Shown piece by piece: positions 31,052-40,178 of a stretch of DNA of 64,000 nucleotides. Where the stretch lies: NCBI GenBank assembly GCA_902604055.1, contig CACKXA010000001.1, forward strand, positions 10,789 to 74,788, written 5' to 3'. The notes under the pieces were generated by a model. That model saw only the letters and a program-made list of their open reading frames with translations. It was not told the DNA's origin and searched no databases. The position numbers and the translations under genes are program-made. How positions within the stretch are numbered: the stretch's first letter is position 1; each line of letters opens with the position of its first letter. Source of the stretch: an uncultured Pelagibacteraceae bacterium. GTDB taxonomy: Bacteria; Pseudomonadota; Alphaproteobacteria; Pelagibacterales; Pelagibacteraceae.

Positions 31052-32461
31052 CTAAGCACTTTCATATTTTTTTTCTATATTTTGGGCAAAATTATCATAT
31101 TCATCTAATAGTTTCATCTTTTTTTTATCATTTTCATGTTTGCTTCTTTTTTCATCTATTTGTCTGTAAAATTCAGGTAACGTTGTCCAGGTTTTTTTAT
31201 CAGTTGAAAATATTCTCTCTGCTATTTCTCTTTTAACTCTTTTAGTTATACTCTCCGGAAGTGCTTCAGGTTTTTCTTCATAAATAAGTTTTTCAGCTAA
31301 TTTTGAAAATCTTTCCTCTTTAAATTTATCAATTAGCTCAACTCTATCTTCCCATTTAAACTGATGAAAAAAGTTCATTAAATTTTTATCTTCGTCCTTA
31401 GGGAATCCTTTTGCATAAAGCATCTCTTCTGGGTATAAAATTTTATCATCCTTTATTGATTTAGCCATTCTCTCATCATTAACATCTTGTAAAATTTTTT
31501 TAACTCTTTTTTTAAATTCAAAATTATCATGTAAAACGACAGCTCTTCTTGCAAGTTCGGCTTCTCCTAATTCTTTATAAGGAGACTCGGTTAAAACATG
31601 TTTATGATTTAAAATTATCTCACTTTTGTTAGCTTTCAGTGTCCTTAGTACTTTTGGAGACTTCGAAAGGGCTTGCTTCAAGCTAGCATCATCTAATTTA
31701 AAAAAGTCTTCAGGCCGGTGTCTAAGATCCCACGTCTGAGCCCAGGCATGATAAACTGGATGAAACATGAAATGTGTAACTAAATATTTTCTAAGTCTTC
31801 CATAAAACCACTGGAGCTGACAAAATAATTTGTGTTTTGTAATAACTTCTTCTGTATCTGCTTTACTAATAGTAAGTAAGGATGCTCTCCAAACAGAATT
31901 AGCATTAACATAAGCTTTTTTAGCAACCTCAAGCATCGCCAATGAATCTGACATGGCTCCGTGTGCTCCTTCATGTTTCATTAATTTATCCAATTTAAAT
32001 ATTGGATTTCCCGAGTCTGACGTTGGTGTTTCGATGACATCAGGGTTAACTAATTTAGCAGCACGAATAATATTTAAAACGTCCCCGTGTTTTTTTCCAT
32101 TAGTATTTGTGATGTAAGCTGGCTTTAATGATTTATACATAGTTTTTTGTATCAGTGGATAGTCAAAATTTTGCCCATTATAAGCAAATACATAGGCATT
32201 ACCCCAACGCTTTAAAGTATTTTCCATTGCTTCTACCATTTGCATATGTGAATTATTGGATTGGGTTAAGTCTTTTACGGTGAAACCTGTGACTTCAAGC
32301 GCACCAAGATTTGGAACTATGCCATCCTTTATTCGACTTCGCATTTCCCATTTTTCTTTGATGTTTAATTTTTCATCAGTCCACACCATTCCAATTTCCA
32401 GGACCTGATCCCATACAGTAGATGAGCCTGAAGACTCAGTGTCCAGGAATATATAATTCAT
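31052..32461 (-). CDS. sbcB: Exodeoxyribonuclease I-like DEDDh exonuclease
   Basis: FLDTESSG, YNGQNFD, FKLD, AH.AMSD, and the E..LY..GF...D C-terminal pattern. Confidence 0.82.
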   Translation of the reverse strand: MNYIFLDTESSGSSTVWDQVLEIGMVWTDEKLNIKEKWEMRSRIKDGIVPNLGALEVTGFTVKDLTQSNNSHMQMVEAMENTLKRWGNAYVFAYNGQNFDYPLIQKTMYKSLKPAYITNTNGKKHGDVLNIIRAAKLVNPDVIETPTSDSGNPIFKLDKLMKHEGAHGAMSDSLAMLEVAKKAYVNANSVWRASLLTISKADTEEVITKHKLFCQLQWFYGRLRKYLVTHFMFHPVYHAWAQTWDLRHRPEDFFKLDDASLKQALSKSPKVLRTLKANKSEIILNHKHVLTESPYKELGEAELARRAVVLHDNFEFKKRVKKILQDVNDERMAKSIKDDKILYPEEMLYAKGFPKDEDKNLMNFFHQFKWEDRVELIDKFKEERFSKLAEKLIYEEKPEALPESITKRVKREIAERIFSTDKKTWTTLPEFYRQIDEKRSKHENDKKKMKLLDEYDNFAQNIEKKYESA

Positions 32462-32466
32462 TTTAA

Positions 32467-33573
32467 CTATTCTTTTGTTTTAGTTTTTGAGATTTTATTT
32501 ATTTCAGCATTCTCAATATTTTTTATTGCCTCGTTAGGAATGCTTTTAGGGTTTAATCCGCCTAATTTAGTCATTCTTTGAATTCTTCCTAAGAAACTTC
32601 CTCTACCATCTTGAATTTGATCCAATACATCGTCTAAATTTTCAAGAGTTTTACTAATGTTTTCTTTTGATTTTCTAGCTGAATGATAAATTTCAGTTGC
32701 TTGCGAACATGCTAAATTAGCTATCTTAATTACCTCTTGCATATTTTTTGATTGTTTTGACTTGCTCCAATTGTCAGCAACAGACTTTAATACAAAATAA
32801 AGCATCGTTGGGCCAACAGGTACAATTTTTTTATCAAAAGCTAAATCTAAAATGTCTCTGCTATCTTTTCCTAATCCAAAAATAGCCTGTTCATTTGGAG
32901 AGAACATTATAACTGAGTCCAAACTCTCTACACCAGGTAAGTTTTGATAATTCTGGCTAGCCAAATCACGAATATGATTTTTAACAGACTGGATATGTCT
33001 TTTGAGTGCATCTTTTTTTACGATTGAATCATCGCTTTCCTCATGCTCTGACCATGCTTGTAAACTTACTTTCGCATCAATTATAATATCTCTTCTATCG
33101 CCTAAGTCATTAGGCAGATGAACGATACAATCTGGAATTTTTCTTCCTTCATCAGTTTTAATTGACTTTTGTTTTTCGTATTCAGTACCCTCTGTAAACT
33201 GCATTTTTTCTAAGATTTTTTCCAGAACCATTTGACCCCAAGGACCCTGAGTTCGAGCACCGCCTGAAACTAAAACGTTTTTGAAAGTATTAATATCAGA
33301 ACTAACGCCGCTACCAATAGATCGGATATCTTTTAAAACTTGAGTAAGTGAACCCCTATCTTGGTCAGATTTAGTGTGATATGACTCAACTTTTTTATTT
33401 AAATCGTCAAGTAGTTTTGTGAAAGTTTGTTCTACTTCAGTTTTTAATGTTTCTAGATCTTTGTTTTGATCACTTTTATTTTTATCTAATCGGGAGTAAA
33501 TAAAATACCCCACTAAAACTCCTATAATTAAAAAAATTATAGAGAATACTAAATAATTTATTTCAAATGTCAT
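32467..33573 (-). CDS. rmuC: DNA recombination protein RmuC
   Basis: N-terminal TM plus coiled coil, G.WGQ..LE, PDCIVHLP, IIDAKV (PD-D/ExK), GPT.L. Confidence 0.9.
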   Translation of the reverse strand: MTFEINYLVFSIIFLIIGVLVGYFIYSRLDKNKSDQNKDLETLKTEVEQTFTKLLDDLNKKVESYHTKSDQDRGSLTQVLKDIRSIGSGVSSDINTFKNVLVSGGARTQGPWGQMVLEKILEKMQFTEGTEYEKQKSIKTDEGRKIPDCIVHLPNDLGDRRDIIIDAKVSLQAWSEHEESDDSIVKKDALKRHIQSVKNHIRDLASQNYQNLPGVESLDSVIMFSPNEQAIFGLGKDSRDILDLAFDKKIVPVGPTMLYFVLKSVADNWSKSKQSKNMQEVIKIANLACSQATEIYHSARKSKENISKTLENLDDVLDQIQDGRGSFLGRIQRMTKLGGLNPKSIPNEAIKNIENAEINKISKTKTKE

Positions 33574-34481
33574 TATGCTACCTTTCTTGTTTTATTTTTG
33601 TCTGGAAATTCATTCAAGTCATTTTTAAGTAATGCCGTAAAATGAACTACTATAGTTTTATCGTACAAAATGTTACCTACAATTTTTTTACTTTGTAGAG
33701 AGTATTTTTCACCATAATGTCCTTTTAAATTCATAATTTTTCTTTTTTCTGCAATGTATACATTTTCAAGAAAAATATTTACATCCTGCTCATTTAGGTC
33801 AATTGTTTTTTTATTATTACTTAAATTTGCAACAACATAACTTCTTAAAATTTTTTTATAATAATGCTTGAAGAGTGAAGGATTTGAAAATACATCTAGA
33901 CTCGTAATACCATAATGATTACCTACTGCTAAACCTATTACGCTCTCATCTGGCTTAAAAAACTCAACAATATTATCTACGACATTCTTATTTTTTTTAT
34001 AAACTATTGAGGAGTCCTTAGTAATTGATTTTATGCTGTTTTGATCCAGATAATTATCAATTTGTCCCCACGACAAATTTTGTTTATGTAAAGTTTGCCG
34101 TGAAAAAAACATTGAGTCAGATGTGCCAATGTCCTCGTTTGTCAAAGCCGACCATCTGTTTTTTTCACCACAAGATACCTTTATTAAACCTTCTGAATTT
34201 TTTTCTATTAACGATGTACTTGCCACTACTCTATTCTGTTTTATCTTGTGACCAATAATTTGTTCTCCATTTAATAAAAGTAAATTTTGATTAGATAAAT
34301 TTTTTACTCTCAACAAATCTCTATAACCAGTATCATCGTATTCTTGAATACCAACTTTATTTTCATATAAACCTTTATTTAAGTTTGTATATGATTGACT
34401 ATTTATTTTAGAAGTTTTTAAAAAAAATACAGCAATATTGTTTTTCTGAAGGGGTTTTGAAATTTTAAGGTTATAGATCAT
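33573..34481 (-). CDS. DUF6569/ARPP-1-like protein
   Basis: LLLLNGEQIIG..KQNRVV...V.VSC.E..RW and D.F....LF pattern recognised by eye; ATGA overlap with the upstream gene. Confidence 0.7.
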   Translation of the reverse strand: MIYNLKISKPLQKNNIAVFFLKTSKINSQSYTNLNKGLYENKVGIQEYDDTGYRDLLRVKNLSNQNLLLLNGEQIIGHKIKQNRVVASTSLIEKNSEGLIKVSCGEKNRWSALTNEDIGTSDSMFFSRQTLHKQNLSWGQIDNYLDQNSIKSITKDSSIVYKKNKNVVDNIVEFFKPDESVIGLAVGNHYGITSLDVFSNPSLFKHYYKKILRSYVVANLSNNKKTIDLNEQDVNIFLENVYIAEKRKIMNLKGHYGEKYSLQSKKIVGNILYDKTIVVHFTALLKNDLNEFPDKNKTRKVA

Positions 34482-36061
34482 ATCTTGAGTTCCTTCCATT
34501 TTTTTGTGTATTGATTAATAATTCTATTTCTCTGTACAGCTTGCTCTAGCAAATGAGTTAATACATCTGAAAACTCTCTTTGACCGTCTTGCCCAAATAC
34601 GTGACTCATCTCATGTGCTAAGGTACTAAAAAATCTTCCAAAAGTACTTTTGAATAACTCTTTATTAAGAAAAATAGTTTTGTCATTATACTCTCGGTTA
34701 TCTTTTAATTGTCCAAGTAGATCTTTCGACTCGCAAGTCTTAATTTTCAAATCATAAATTCCCTCTTCTTCAATATGGTTTTTATATAATTTTGAAAAAG
34801 TGGGTGCTACTTTTTTAATACAATCTAAAGCAATATTTACAGCTTTTGATTGTTTTGTTGTAAGTGATGCAGTTTTGGTTTTCTTAACTCTTTCTTCAGC
34901 TGCTTTCTTTTTCTTAACGAATTGACCTAAAGAGCTTAAAACACCAAAACTAGAAAAGTAGCTTGGTAACTTTAATCTGCCGTCTTTTTTAAATTTGTTA
35001 TCACGTCTTAAAACGAAGCTTTGTGTCTTAGTATCGTACCAATCGGACCAAGTTATTCCGGATGTGTAATTATAAGTACTTTCACAATAGTATTTTTTTG
35101 AATCAAACATCTTTTTTATAACTGGATCTTCATGCAAATCTCTAGAAAATGTTCCTATAGCATTTAATAACTGATGTCCTTTAGGCCAGATTGGTTTTGA
35201 AGTTTTAAAAATATATTGTATTGCAGAGTTATTTTTCATCCCTCCCCAATGAAAACCAGATCTAGCGTAAATTGAGAAAAAAGTTTGGGTAAGTTTGCTT
35301 GAGAAAGAATTTCTGTCTCGATCAGCTTTAATTTTATTCTCAATAGCAGCATATTTTTTTGAGATATTTATTACTATAGGTATATGAGGTATCGTATTTC
35401 TCATTATTCCTCTGTAAAAAATATAACCCTCTTTGGACTTTTTTGATTTATAAGCTGCTATTTCGTTATACTCGTATAGTTTTTGACCAACCAAATTATT
35501 TTTTTCGAACCAAAAATGATTCATTCCAAATTTAAAAGCTTTTTTTAGTTTTTCGTCATAAGTATTTACAGAGAAAATAGTCGTGTTTTGTTTGTTGATT
35601 TTAAAATAATGATAAATAAGTGGTCGCATATTTTCTACTACCGCCTTACCTACTGAGATAATTATTGCATTATCGCCACTAATAGAAATTGGGTCATTAA
35701 TACCTAACTTTATCATTGAAACGCAAGCGGCTTTAAATCCCTCACCATATTCTCCTATCGTTTCATCATCTCCTGATTTGTTTGAACCCATATAGAATAA
35801 TTTTCGTATATCGAACGAATTTTTAGCGGAGACTAGAATTTGATCATCATGAACTTTAATATCGATTTTATCAATGTCATTTAGATTAGCATCTCTAAAA
35901 TTTTGTAGTATATCTCTAGCAATATAGTCATGGCCCCAATTTACACCCCAGGATGTTGTTACCGAAGACTCTACAGTTTTTATGTATTTAGCTTCTGTGA
36001 CCCCTGAAATACCGAGTAATAAGTTTTTATATATCTCTATTTTTTTATCTTCTAATGCCAT
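34478..36061 (-). CDS. GHKL/HATPase-like N-terminal domain fused to a C-terminal HExxH (zincin-like) domain
   Basis: ARDILQNFRDA (N box), MGSNK...IGEYGEGFKAA (G2 box), TLAHEMSH near the C-terminus. Confidence 0.72.
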   Translation of the reverse strand: MALEDKKIEIYKNLLLGISGVTEAKYIKTVESSVTTSWGVNWGHDYIARDILQNFRDANLNDIDKIDIKVHDDQILVSAKNSFDIRKLFYMGSNKSGDDETIGEYGEGFKAACVSMIKLGINDPISISGDNAIIISVGKAVVENMRPLIYHYFKINKQNTTIFSVNTYDEKLKKAFKFGMNHFWFEKNNLVGQKLYEYNEIAAYKSKKSKEGYIFYRGIMRNTIPHIPIVINISKKYAAIENKIKADRDRNSFSSKLTQTFFSIYARSGFHWGGMKNNSAIQYIFKTSKPIWPKGHQLLNAIGTFSRDLHEDPVIKKMFDSKKYYCESTYNYTSGITWSDWYDTKTQSFVLRRDNKFKKDGRLKLPSYFSSFGVLSSLGQFVKKKKAAEERVKKTKTASLTTKQSKAVNIALDCIKKVAPTFSKLYKNHIEEEGIYDLKIKTCESKDLLGQLKDNREYNDKTIFLNKELFKSTFGRFFSTLAHEMSHVFGQDGQREFSDVLTHLLEQAVQRNRIINQYTKKWKELKI

Positions 36062-36063
36062 AA

Positions 36064-36285
36064 TCAATGGGTCAAAAATGATTTATAATTATTTTTTTTT
36101 GTTATTATTTTTTTAGACACCACAAAACCTTTGCCAGAACACATATGACAGGCTCGAGTTTTACTAAGCGAAAGTTTCCAACCTAAAACTGATAAAAGTC
36201 CTCTAGTTTCTTGAAAAAAACCAAGACAATTACAGTTATAACATGAGAAATATTTAATATATTCCTTAGGTTTATTACAATACAT
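36064..36285 (-). CDS. Small DnaJ-type zinc-finger protein
   Basis: CYNCNCLG and CHMCSGKG repeats, AAGGAG RBS, stop abuts the next start. Confidence 0.7.
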   Translation of the reverse strand: MYCNKPKEYIKYFSCYNCNCLGFFQETRGLLSVLGWKLSLSKTRACHMCSGKGFVVSKKIITKKNNYKSFLTH

Positions 36286-36316
36286 AACAAAAACTCCTTA
36301 GTTTTTAGTTTTTTAG

Positions 36317-36379
36317 CCTTGTAATATAGGAAATATTCTTCGAAAGGATATTAAGAACAACTTCGACTACATTACAAGG
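36317..36379. promoter_or_regulatory. Nested inverted repeat; candidate structured leader RNA
   Basis: CCTTGTAATATAG (36317-36329) pairs with CTACATTACAAGG (36367-36379); inner stem AATATTCTT-CGA-AAGGATATT. Confidence 0.55.
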
Positions 36380-36404
36380 TTATCTAATAATTCTTAACAA
36401 TTTC

Positions 36405-36433
36405 ATTATAAAACAAAGTGTTTTCAATGTCAA
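36405..36433 (-). promoter_or_regulatory. Consensus sigma70 promoter
   Basis: Reverse strand reads TTGACA-N17-TATAAT exactly. Confidence 0.8.
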
Positions 36434-36520
36434 GAATTAATTTGAAAATTTATACAATTCAAATAATGTTATTTTTCATAATCAATTGAAAGTATCGGTT
36501 CATTTGATTAGATTATTGTT

Positions 36521-36724
36521 GTGAAAAAACATTTAGAATATAAGGATAGCGTTTCAAATAAATTTTGGGAAATAAATCTAAAAGGAAAAAAAGTTCAGAT
36601 TACCTATGGCAGAATTGCAATTAAAAATCCTGCTGTTCAAGTAAAGATGTTTAATTCGGACGAGGAAGCTAAAAAATACGCGGAGCAAAAAATCAGAGAA
36701 AAGACTAATAAAGGATACGCTTAA
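36521..36724 (+). CDS. Stand-alone WGR-domain protein
   Basis: SNKFWEI, YGRI, A.K......IREK..KGY. Confidence 0.88.
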   Translation: MKKHLEYKDSVSNKFWEINLKGKKVQITYGRIAIKNPAVQVKMFNSDEEAKKYAEQKIREKTNKGYA

Positions 36725-36800
36725 ATTAATAAAAATATAAATTATAATATTTATTATTTTATAATTCTAAGATAGGCTTTTATTTTGCAGTATCGATACA

Positions 36801-39800
36801 ATGAAAGTTGAAAAAAATAAAATTTCTTATTCACCAACTGATCTAAATAGTTTTGTATCTTGTAAGTATCATATTAAAAACGATCTTACTGCTAAAAATC
36901 TAGGGCTCAAAAAGAAAGAAAAAAGTGCTGATCTTAAGTTAAGAATTGAATACGGAAAAGAACATGAAAAGGAATATTTTAGAATATTATCTAAAAAGCA
37001 TATAAAAAATATAACCATCGACCCTAAACAGCCTGCTGTTAAAAAATATAAAGAAACGATTAAAGCTATTAAGAGTGGCTATGATTTAATTTACAAAGCA
37101 TACCTGATTGATGAAGATTTTGCTGGTGAAATAGATTTTCTTATTAAACATAAATCAAAGTCAGAACTTGGAGATTTTAGTTATGAAGTTTATGACACTA
37201 AAGTTACTAAAACGCTAAGACCAAAACATGTTTTGCAAACAACTGGCTACTCCTTTTTGCTGAGTAAAGTTCAGGGATTAATTCCGAAAAAAATGCATTT
37301 GGTTGATGGAACTAAATTAATCAATTCTTTTAATGTGAGCGAGTTTATAGATTATTTTTTGTTTACTAAAAAAAATTTTGAAAAATTCCTTACCAAAGTC
37401 CTGAAAGAGAAAATGTACCCTGAAAAATGTTCTTTTTGTAATATTTGTGATTGGCAAGATGCATGTACAGAAAAATGGGATAAGGATAATTATATTAATC
37501 AAGTTTGTGGTATCCGTTCATCTCAGGTAACCAAATTAAAAAAAGAGAATATTTCAACTATTCAAAAACTTGCCAAAACAGATCCTAAAAAAATAAGATC
37601 TAAAATTAATTCAGGCTCTAAGGTTAAACTTACTCAGCAGGCAAAATTGCAAGAGGAAAAAAGATTAACAAATAAAAGTAAATATATTTTTAACAAGACC
37701 GTTTCAAATAAAGGATTTTATAAAATGCCCGAACCTAATGAAGGAGATATTTTTTATGATATTGAAGGATTTCCTCAGGCGGAACAAAGACCTTTCGAAT
37801 ATCTGCATGGTATTTATTTTTACAATGGAAAAGAATTTGAGTTTAAAGATTTTATAGTTAAAGAATACACAAGAAAAGAAGAAGAACGAATTTTTAGGGA
37901 CCTAGTAGCTTTCCTTGAAAAACATTTTAATAAATATCCCAATGCTTTTCTTTATCATTATAATGTTTATGAAAAGAGAGCTTTAAGAGAATTAGCATCC
38001 GATTATTCCGCTACATTTATAAAAGGTTATAATTTTATTGATAAACTTTTAAGATTAGAAAAGTTTGTTGATCTATACCGGGTGGTTTCACAATGTATGC
38101 AAACTTCTGAGAAAGATCTTACTTTAAAATCAATTGAGAAATTTTATCGTGATGAAAGAAGCGCAGATATTAAAACTGCCGATGACAGTATTCGAATATT
38201 TGAAAGCTGGCTTGTTACTAAAAATAAAAAAGATTTAAAAGATATTATTTTCTACAACGAAGAAGATTGTATATCTACCTATCAGTTAAGAGAGTTTCTT
38301 ATCAAACACAGGCCTGATAATTTTCCCTTTTTTAAACTGTCCGATGATAAAGAAAATAAAGATAAAGATATTAAAGATTTCGAACTAAAAGAAGCAGCAA
38401 TCCAGTTAAATGTTATTGAAAAATTAAAGGACAAAGATGAAGACTTAAAAGAAAACCTCAAGCATTTAGTTGGCTTTCATAGACGAGAAAATAAATCAAA
38501 GTACTGGGCTAAATACGAAAGACTTGATAAAGAACCGGATGAACTTTTGGATGATCCCGAATGTATTGGTGGAGCTTTGTTCGTTAAAAAATCTAAAATT
38601 AAAGACACTGATAATCATGTTTATTTATATAGATTTGATGAACAAAATTTTAAACTAAAAGAAAGCGATACTGCGTATGATATAACTTCTGAACTTTCGT
38701 TTGGTAAAATAACTAAAATTGATGAGATTAAAGATGATGAAAATTATATTGAGCTAACAATAACTGGTAAAAGAATTGCAAAAGTTGGTGAGCCTCCAAA
38801 ACTTTTTGATTTTGGACCAGACCGTATAATAAGTTCTCACCCTATTCCTGATGCTTTAAACAAATTTATTCTTAATTGTGCAGATGGAGATAAATCAAAA
38901 TTTAAGTGTGGTTTGGATATCATTAAAAAGGATTACCCAGATTTAAAAAAAATTAAAAAAGGTGATCATATCATTAATGATAAGAATGATCTTGTGGAAG
39001 AGTCTATTGAGGTTGTTAAAAAAATGAACTCATCTTATTTGCTTATCCAAGGACCTCCTGGATCTGGTAAAACTTATACATCAGCTAAAATAATATTAAG
39101 TTTATTAAAAGATAATAAAAGAGTTGGAATAACTAGTAACTCTCACAAAGCTATAAATAATTTGCTTCATCAAATTGAAAAGTTTGCTCTTGAAGAAAAA
39201 TTTTCTTTTAAAGGTATGAAAAAGTCAAGCAAGGATGAACATAAGCTTAAAGGAGAAATTATTGAAGATGTAAGTGAAAGGATGAAAGAATTTCCCTCTG
39301 AATATTTATTGCATGCGGGCACAGCTTGGCTTTTTTCAGATCCTATATGGACCTCTAAAATGGATTACCTTTTTGTAGATGAAGCTGGTCAGGTGTCATT
39401 AGCAAATACGCTTGCGATCTCAACAAGTACAAAAAATATAATTTTAATTGGTGACCAAATGCAATTATCTCAACCTATTCAAGGTATTCATTCAGGTAAC
39501 TCTGGTAAAAGTTCTTTAGATTTTCTTTTGGGTGACTACGATACCATTCCATTATCTAGGGGAATTTTCTTAGGTGTCACAAGAAGATTGAATGAAAAGA
39601 TATGTGATTATATTTCATCAAGCTTTTATGAGTCTAGATTAAAATCTCATCCTGTTACAAAAGATAGGTCTGTTTCTCTCGAATTAAAGGAAATTAAAGA
39701 TGAGGGAATCTTTTACTTGCCTGTAGATCATCAAGATTGTACTCAAAAATCCGATGAAGAGGCTAAGATTATAAAAGGCTATTGTTCAAAGATTTTAGGA

Positions 39801-40178
39801 AAAAATTACACCGAAGATAATAAAAAAAAGAAAATAGCCATTGAAGATATCATGATGGTAGCACCTTTTAATATGCAAGTTAACAATCTAAAGAAAATAC
39901 TTAACCAAAAAGAAGCGAGGATTGGAACAATTGATAAATTCCAGGGGCAAGAGTCTAAAGTTGTGTTCATTTCTATGACTTCTTCTGATCCTGAAAATCT
40001 ACCAAGAGATAAAGAATTTTTTTTCAGCCGAAACCGTTTAAACGTAGCAATTTCTAGAGCTCAATGCGTAGCTGTAATTTTATTTAATCCCAATCTACTG
40101 CTAGCTGATTGCAAAAAAATTAATGAAATACGTTTAGTTAATAACTTCTGTAAACTTTTAATAAAATATAAAATTTAA
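36801..40178 (+). CDS. TM0106-family RecB-like nuclease / RNase H-like / SF1 (DNA2/Upf1-like) helicase fusion
   Basis: SPTDL...C, DFL...YDTK nuclease; FYDIEG, YHY..YE, YNEEDC; QGPPGSGKT, DEAGQ, GDQMQL, TIDKFQGQE, NRLNVAISRA. Confidence 0.9.
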   Translation: MKVEKNKISYSPTDLNSFVSCKYHIKNDLTAKNLGLKKKEKSADLKLRIEYGKEHEKEYFRILSKKHIKNITIDPKQPAVKKYKETIKAIKSGYDLIYKAYLIDEDFAGEIDFLIKHKSKSELGDFSYEVYDTKVTKTLRPKHVLQTTGYSFLLSKVQGLIPKKMHLVDGTKLINSFNVSEFIDYFLFTKKNFEKFLTKVLKEKMYPEKCSFCNICDWQDACTEKWDKDNYINQVCGIRSSQVTKLKKENISTIQKLAKTDPKKIRSKINSGSKVKLTQQAKLQEEKRLTNKSKYIFNKTVSNKGFYKMPEPNEGDIFYDIEGFPQAEQRPFEYLHGIYFYNGKEFEFKDFIVKEYTRKEEERIFRDLVAFLEKHFNKYPNAFLYHYNVYEKRALRELASDYSATFIKGYNFIDKLLRLEKFVDLYRVVSQCMQTSEKDLTLKSIEKFYRDERSADIKTADDSIRIFESWLVTKNKKDLKDIIFYNEEDCISTYQLREFLIKHRPDNFPFFKLSDDKENKDKDIKDFELKEAAIQLNVIEKLKDKDEDLKENLKHLVGFHRRENKSKYWAKYERLDKEPDELLDDPECIGGALFVKKSKIKDTDNHVYLYRFDEQNFKLKESDTAYDITSELSFGKITKIDEIKDDENYIELTITGKRIAKVGEPPKLFDFGPDRIISSHPIPDALNKFILNCADGDKSKFKCGLDIIKKDYPDLKKIKKGDHIINDKNDLVEESIEVVKKMNSSYLLIQGPPGSGKTYTSAKIILSLLKDNKRVGITSNSHKAINNLLHQIEKFALEEKFSFKGMKKSSKDEHKLKGEIIEDVSERMKEFPSEYLLHAGTAWLFSDPIWTSKMDYLFVDEAGQVSLANTLAISTSTKNIILIGDQMQLSQPIQGIHSGNSGKSSLDFLLGDYDTIPLSRGIFLGVTRRLNEKICDYISSSFYESRLKSHPVTKDRSVSLELKEIKDEGIFYLPVDHQDCTQKSDEEAKIIKGYCSKILGKNYTEDNKKKKIAIEDIMMVAPFNMQVNNLKKILNQKEARIGTIDKFQGQESKVVFISMTSSDPENLPRDKEFFFSRNRLNVAISRAQCVAVILFNPNLLLADCKKINEIRLVNNFCKLLIKYKI

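Noticed and set aside
31003-31236. 77-aa plus-strand ORF
   Set aside because: Mostly antisense to the ExoI C-terminus, Phe-rich from T-runs, and no RBS.
36329-36360. c-di-GMP-I riboswitch-like GGAAA-stem-GAAA
   Set aside because: The second stem and tetraloop receptor are missing, and the orientation does not fit the adjacent promoter.
31052-40178. Prophage, integrative element or diversity-generating retroelement as the cause of the island and divergence
   Set aside because: I found no integrase, transposase, reverse transcriptase, structural genes, tRNA target, flanking direct repeats or template/variable repeat pair.
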